Of a stretch of DNA of 64,000 nucleotides, positions 61,166-64,000 are shown one piece after another. Origin of the DNA: Eledone cirrhosa (lineage: Eukaryota); assembly GCA_964016885.1 (NCBI GenBank), contig OZ024755.1, forward strand, positions 31,992,001 through 32,056,000. Direction: 5' to 3'. Under the pieces are notes generated by a model, which did not search any database, was not told the origin of the DNA, and saw nothing but the letters and a program-made list of their open reading frames with translations. How positions within the stretch are numbered: position 1 is the stretch's first letter; the number at the start of each line of letters is the position of its first letter. The translations under genes were made by a program, and so were the position numbers.

Positions 61166-62265
61166 ATGGTACCTGTGGACCAACGAGATGCAGCAACCCT
61201 TTTATCTATCATTGCTGAGTACGTTTGACCAGGTGTCGCATTTGGCTGGCAGTCATACAATGTCCTCCCGCAACATGTAGTTGTAAACCATCGTTACATG
61301 GCTGGCAATCATACAATGCCCTCCCGCAACATGTAGTTGTAAACCATCGTTACATGGCTGGCAGTCATACAATGTCCTCCCGCAACATGTAGTTGTAAAG
61401 CATTGTTACATGGCTGGCAGTCATACAATGTCCTCCCGCAACATGTAGTTGCAAACCATCGTTACATGGCTGGCAGTCATACAATGTCCTCCCGCAACAT
61501 GTAGTTGCAAACCATCGTTACATGGCTGGCAGTCATACAATGTCTTCCCGCAACATGAAGCTGCAAACCATCGTTACATGGCTGGCAGTCATACAATGTC
61601 CTCCCGCAACATGTAGCTGTAAACCATCGTTACATAGCTGGCAGTCATACAATGTCCTCCCGCAACATGTAGCTGTAAACCATCGTTACATGGCTGGCAG
61701 TCATACAATGTCCTCCCGCAACATGTAGCTGTAAACCATCGTTACATGGCTGGCAGTCATACAATGTCCTCCCGCAACATGTAGTTGTAAACCATCGTTA
61801 CATGGCTGGCAGTCATGCAATGTCCTCCCGCAACATGTAGCTGTAAACCATCGTTACATGGCTGGCAGTCATGCAATGTCCTCCCGCAACATGTAGTTGT
61901 AAACCATCGTTACATGGCTGGCAGTCATACAATGTCCTCCCGCAACATGTAGTTGTAAACCATCGTTACATGGCTGGCAGTCATACAATGTCCTCCCGCA
62001 ACATGTAGTTGTAAGCCATCGTTACATGGCTGGCAGTCATACAATGTCCTCTCGCAACATGTAGTTGTAAACCATCGTTACATGGCTGGCAGTCATACAA
62101 TGTCCTCCCGCAACATGTAGTTGCAAACCATTGTTACAACTTTGTCGACCCCACAATCCACACAAACCGTGTAGAAGGCAGCTGGGGGCTTTGCAAAGTC
62201 AAATCTCGTGCCACGAGAGGAACCAGCGAGGCTCTTTTCGGCACTCACCTTCAGGAGTTCTGCCT
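61166..62265 (+). mobile_element. Merlin (IS1016/ISXO2-like) transposase relic with internal tandem amplification
   Basis: Collapsing the array gives VPVDQRDAATLLSIIAEYV*PG...GWQSYNVL..H.VVNHRYNFVDP.IHTNRVEGSW...K...HLQEF. Confidence 0.8.
61243..62138 (+). repeat. 56-bp tandem repeat, 16 copies
   Basis: Unit TGGCTGGCAGTCATACAATGTCCTCCCGCAACATGTAGTTGTAAACCATCGTTACA; 896 bp = 16x56. Confidence 0.96.
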
Positions 62266-62314
62266 TGCTATTAAAAAAAAAATCTGCAGTAATATTCTAT
62301 ATTGGACATTGAGT

Positions 62315-62585
62315 TGCTGAAGCATGGAATAAACTACCTGCATCAATTATTAGCTGTAGAAACACTGCACCCTTTAAATCCTCCATGCTTCCTGAGATTC
62401 GCCAACACTACACCTAATATCCCTCCCTCCATATACATACACACATGTATATCATGACTCATACACTATTCACTTCCCTGACATTTGTATATTATTCTAT
62501 GTACTATACATGCACCTTTGACGAGTTGTAGTGCACCTGAGCACTGTACACAATAATTTCATTATTATCATTATTATTTATTATG
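62315..62585 (+). mobile_element. CR1/L2-group LINE 3' end with (TTA)n tail (others: 355-660, 5740-5955, 8010-8335 minus; 22985-23226 plus)
   Basis: AEAWNKLPASII...FK C-terminal motif plus a conserved 3' UTR. Confidence 0.75.
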
Positions 62586-63173
62586 ATTAGCAGAAAAACC
62601 ACAATTCAGGTGGTTTTCTGCTAGCATGTGTAGTGTGTATATTGATATTATACAGAAATATATATACATGTAGATATGATACATCAAATAAAATCGTAAT
62701 TGACAATATATAATACATAGAAATTGAACGAAGACTGCGTTACACTGTCTTATTTAATCAGTAACGTAATCCATGATACATTAAAAAAGACGATATTATA
62801 TATAAACTGCATTAGGAGAAAATTAATGAATCTTTAAATAAACAAAATATATTTAATAAACAACCACAAAATTTAGAAGATAAATTATGTAATATTCATT
62901 AATTATTTATTGTCGATAAAATAAAGTACCAGTAATACACTAGAATAATTACTGGCCTTGTGCCAAAAGTAGAAACAATTATTTATTCAAAGTAATCCAA
63001 CTTATTTTACAAACGGGATAAAAAAACAAAACCGTACGCAATCCTTTATGATAGTTTAGATATATAATAGACACTTTTGAATATTATAATTTAAATAATA
63101 ACTTTCTTACTTAATTACATTCAAAAAGCATTCCAGTCATGACTATCATTATCGGTGAGAGCTTTAGGACAAA

Positions 63174-64000
63174 CTAGCAGCAGGACCCAGCGTTGCACGG
63201 GGTAGGAAACGTGAAATAGCAACACGCATATGCAAAGATTGAGGAATGTTGCTGTGTACTTTTTGAATTCCCTTATTCTCAGGGAATGATTGTTCATCTA
63301 CTGGAAACGTAGAACGCCAGCAGGCCGAATCCAGTAGTAGCAGTGTCAGTGGGCTGATTGTGGAAATCCTGTATGCGAAAGGAGTAAGTAAGTGCTTTGG
63401 GGCGATGTGTGTCGTAAGTCTGTTCAGGAATTACGTCACGGATGGGGAACACACATCAATCTGAAGGAGCGACGTAGTCAATTGTGTGAAAACCAAGTAG
63501 GGATATTGAGATGACGAAATCAGCGTGGCAATGCAGCTACAGCAGTAGTGCAATTAGCACAAACACTGGGCGGCACTGCGTTTACACAGCAACAAAGGTG
63601 CGACAAAAGGGGTCACCGCGGAATTAGCACAACCGCTGTTCGGCGTACTTGCGCAGGGCGTTGATACTGCGGTGTAGGTGCAACAAAAGGGGTCTTAGTA
63701 GAAGTAGCACAGGCGTGAGTTTTAGGGTGTCAATAAAAAGGCAACGTACATACGGCCCAGATTTGCGCGTGATGAAAGCATGAAGCGTCAACAGGGCGCC
63801 GTCAAAAATGTTAAGGTCCTCCTTGTTTCCTCACGCCCTCCCCTCCCCCCACCGAAAATGGTCATGCTTAAAAGTAAGTGTTGTGTCTATTAAATAAACC
63901 AAATTTTTAACGAAATATTATACGATACATACAGTGTTTAAGTAGCGTTTATATTGAACATGAAAACGGCATGTAACGCCCAATGCTAATTCGTAAATTT
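63174..64000 (-). mobile_element. Helitron-like element, 3' terminus (right boundary unknown)
   Basis: Minus strand has a CCCGTGCAACGCTGGG hairpin about 10 nt before a terminal CTAG|T. Confidence 0.6.

Overview
Eukaryotic (animal) genomic DNA that is AT-rich and saturated with repeats. The repeat families (tRNA-derived SINEs with RTE-type (GAT)n tails, TTAA MITEs, long TA/TG microsatellites) look octopod/cephalopod-like, but that is inference only. The one host gene I can support is a complete 11-exon UMP synthase (UMPS; OPRT + OMP decarboxylase fusion) on the + strand, CDS 23686-58152. All introns are GT-AG, phases are consistent, and the spliced CDS is 1443 nt (480 aa + stop). The rest is transposon debris: RTE/L2/CR1 LINE fragments, two Penelope-like RT fragments, mariner and Merlin relics, hAT, pogo-like and piggyBac-like MITEs, solo LTRs and Helitron ends. 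More than ten tandem arrays are present, most traceable to a piece of a transposon. Most interesting: (1) an LTR joined to a 39-nt reverse copy of mature tRNA-Trp (CCA end to base 38), flanked as one unit by a target-site duplication, which resembles an integrated plus-strand strong-stop DNA; (2) an apparently intact minimal type-I hammerhead ribozyme antisense in UMPS intron 10, plus variant and decayed hammerheads; (3) repeated birth of minisatellites from transposon coding and MITE sequence; (4) several long intronic inverted repeats, including a near-identical pair bracketing UMPS exon 10. Most ORFs in the supplied track are repeat artefacts.
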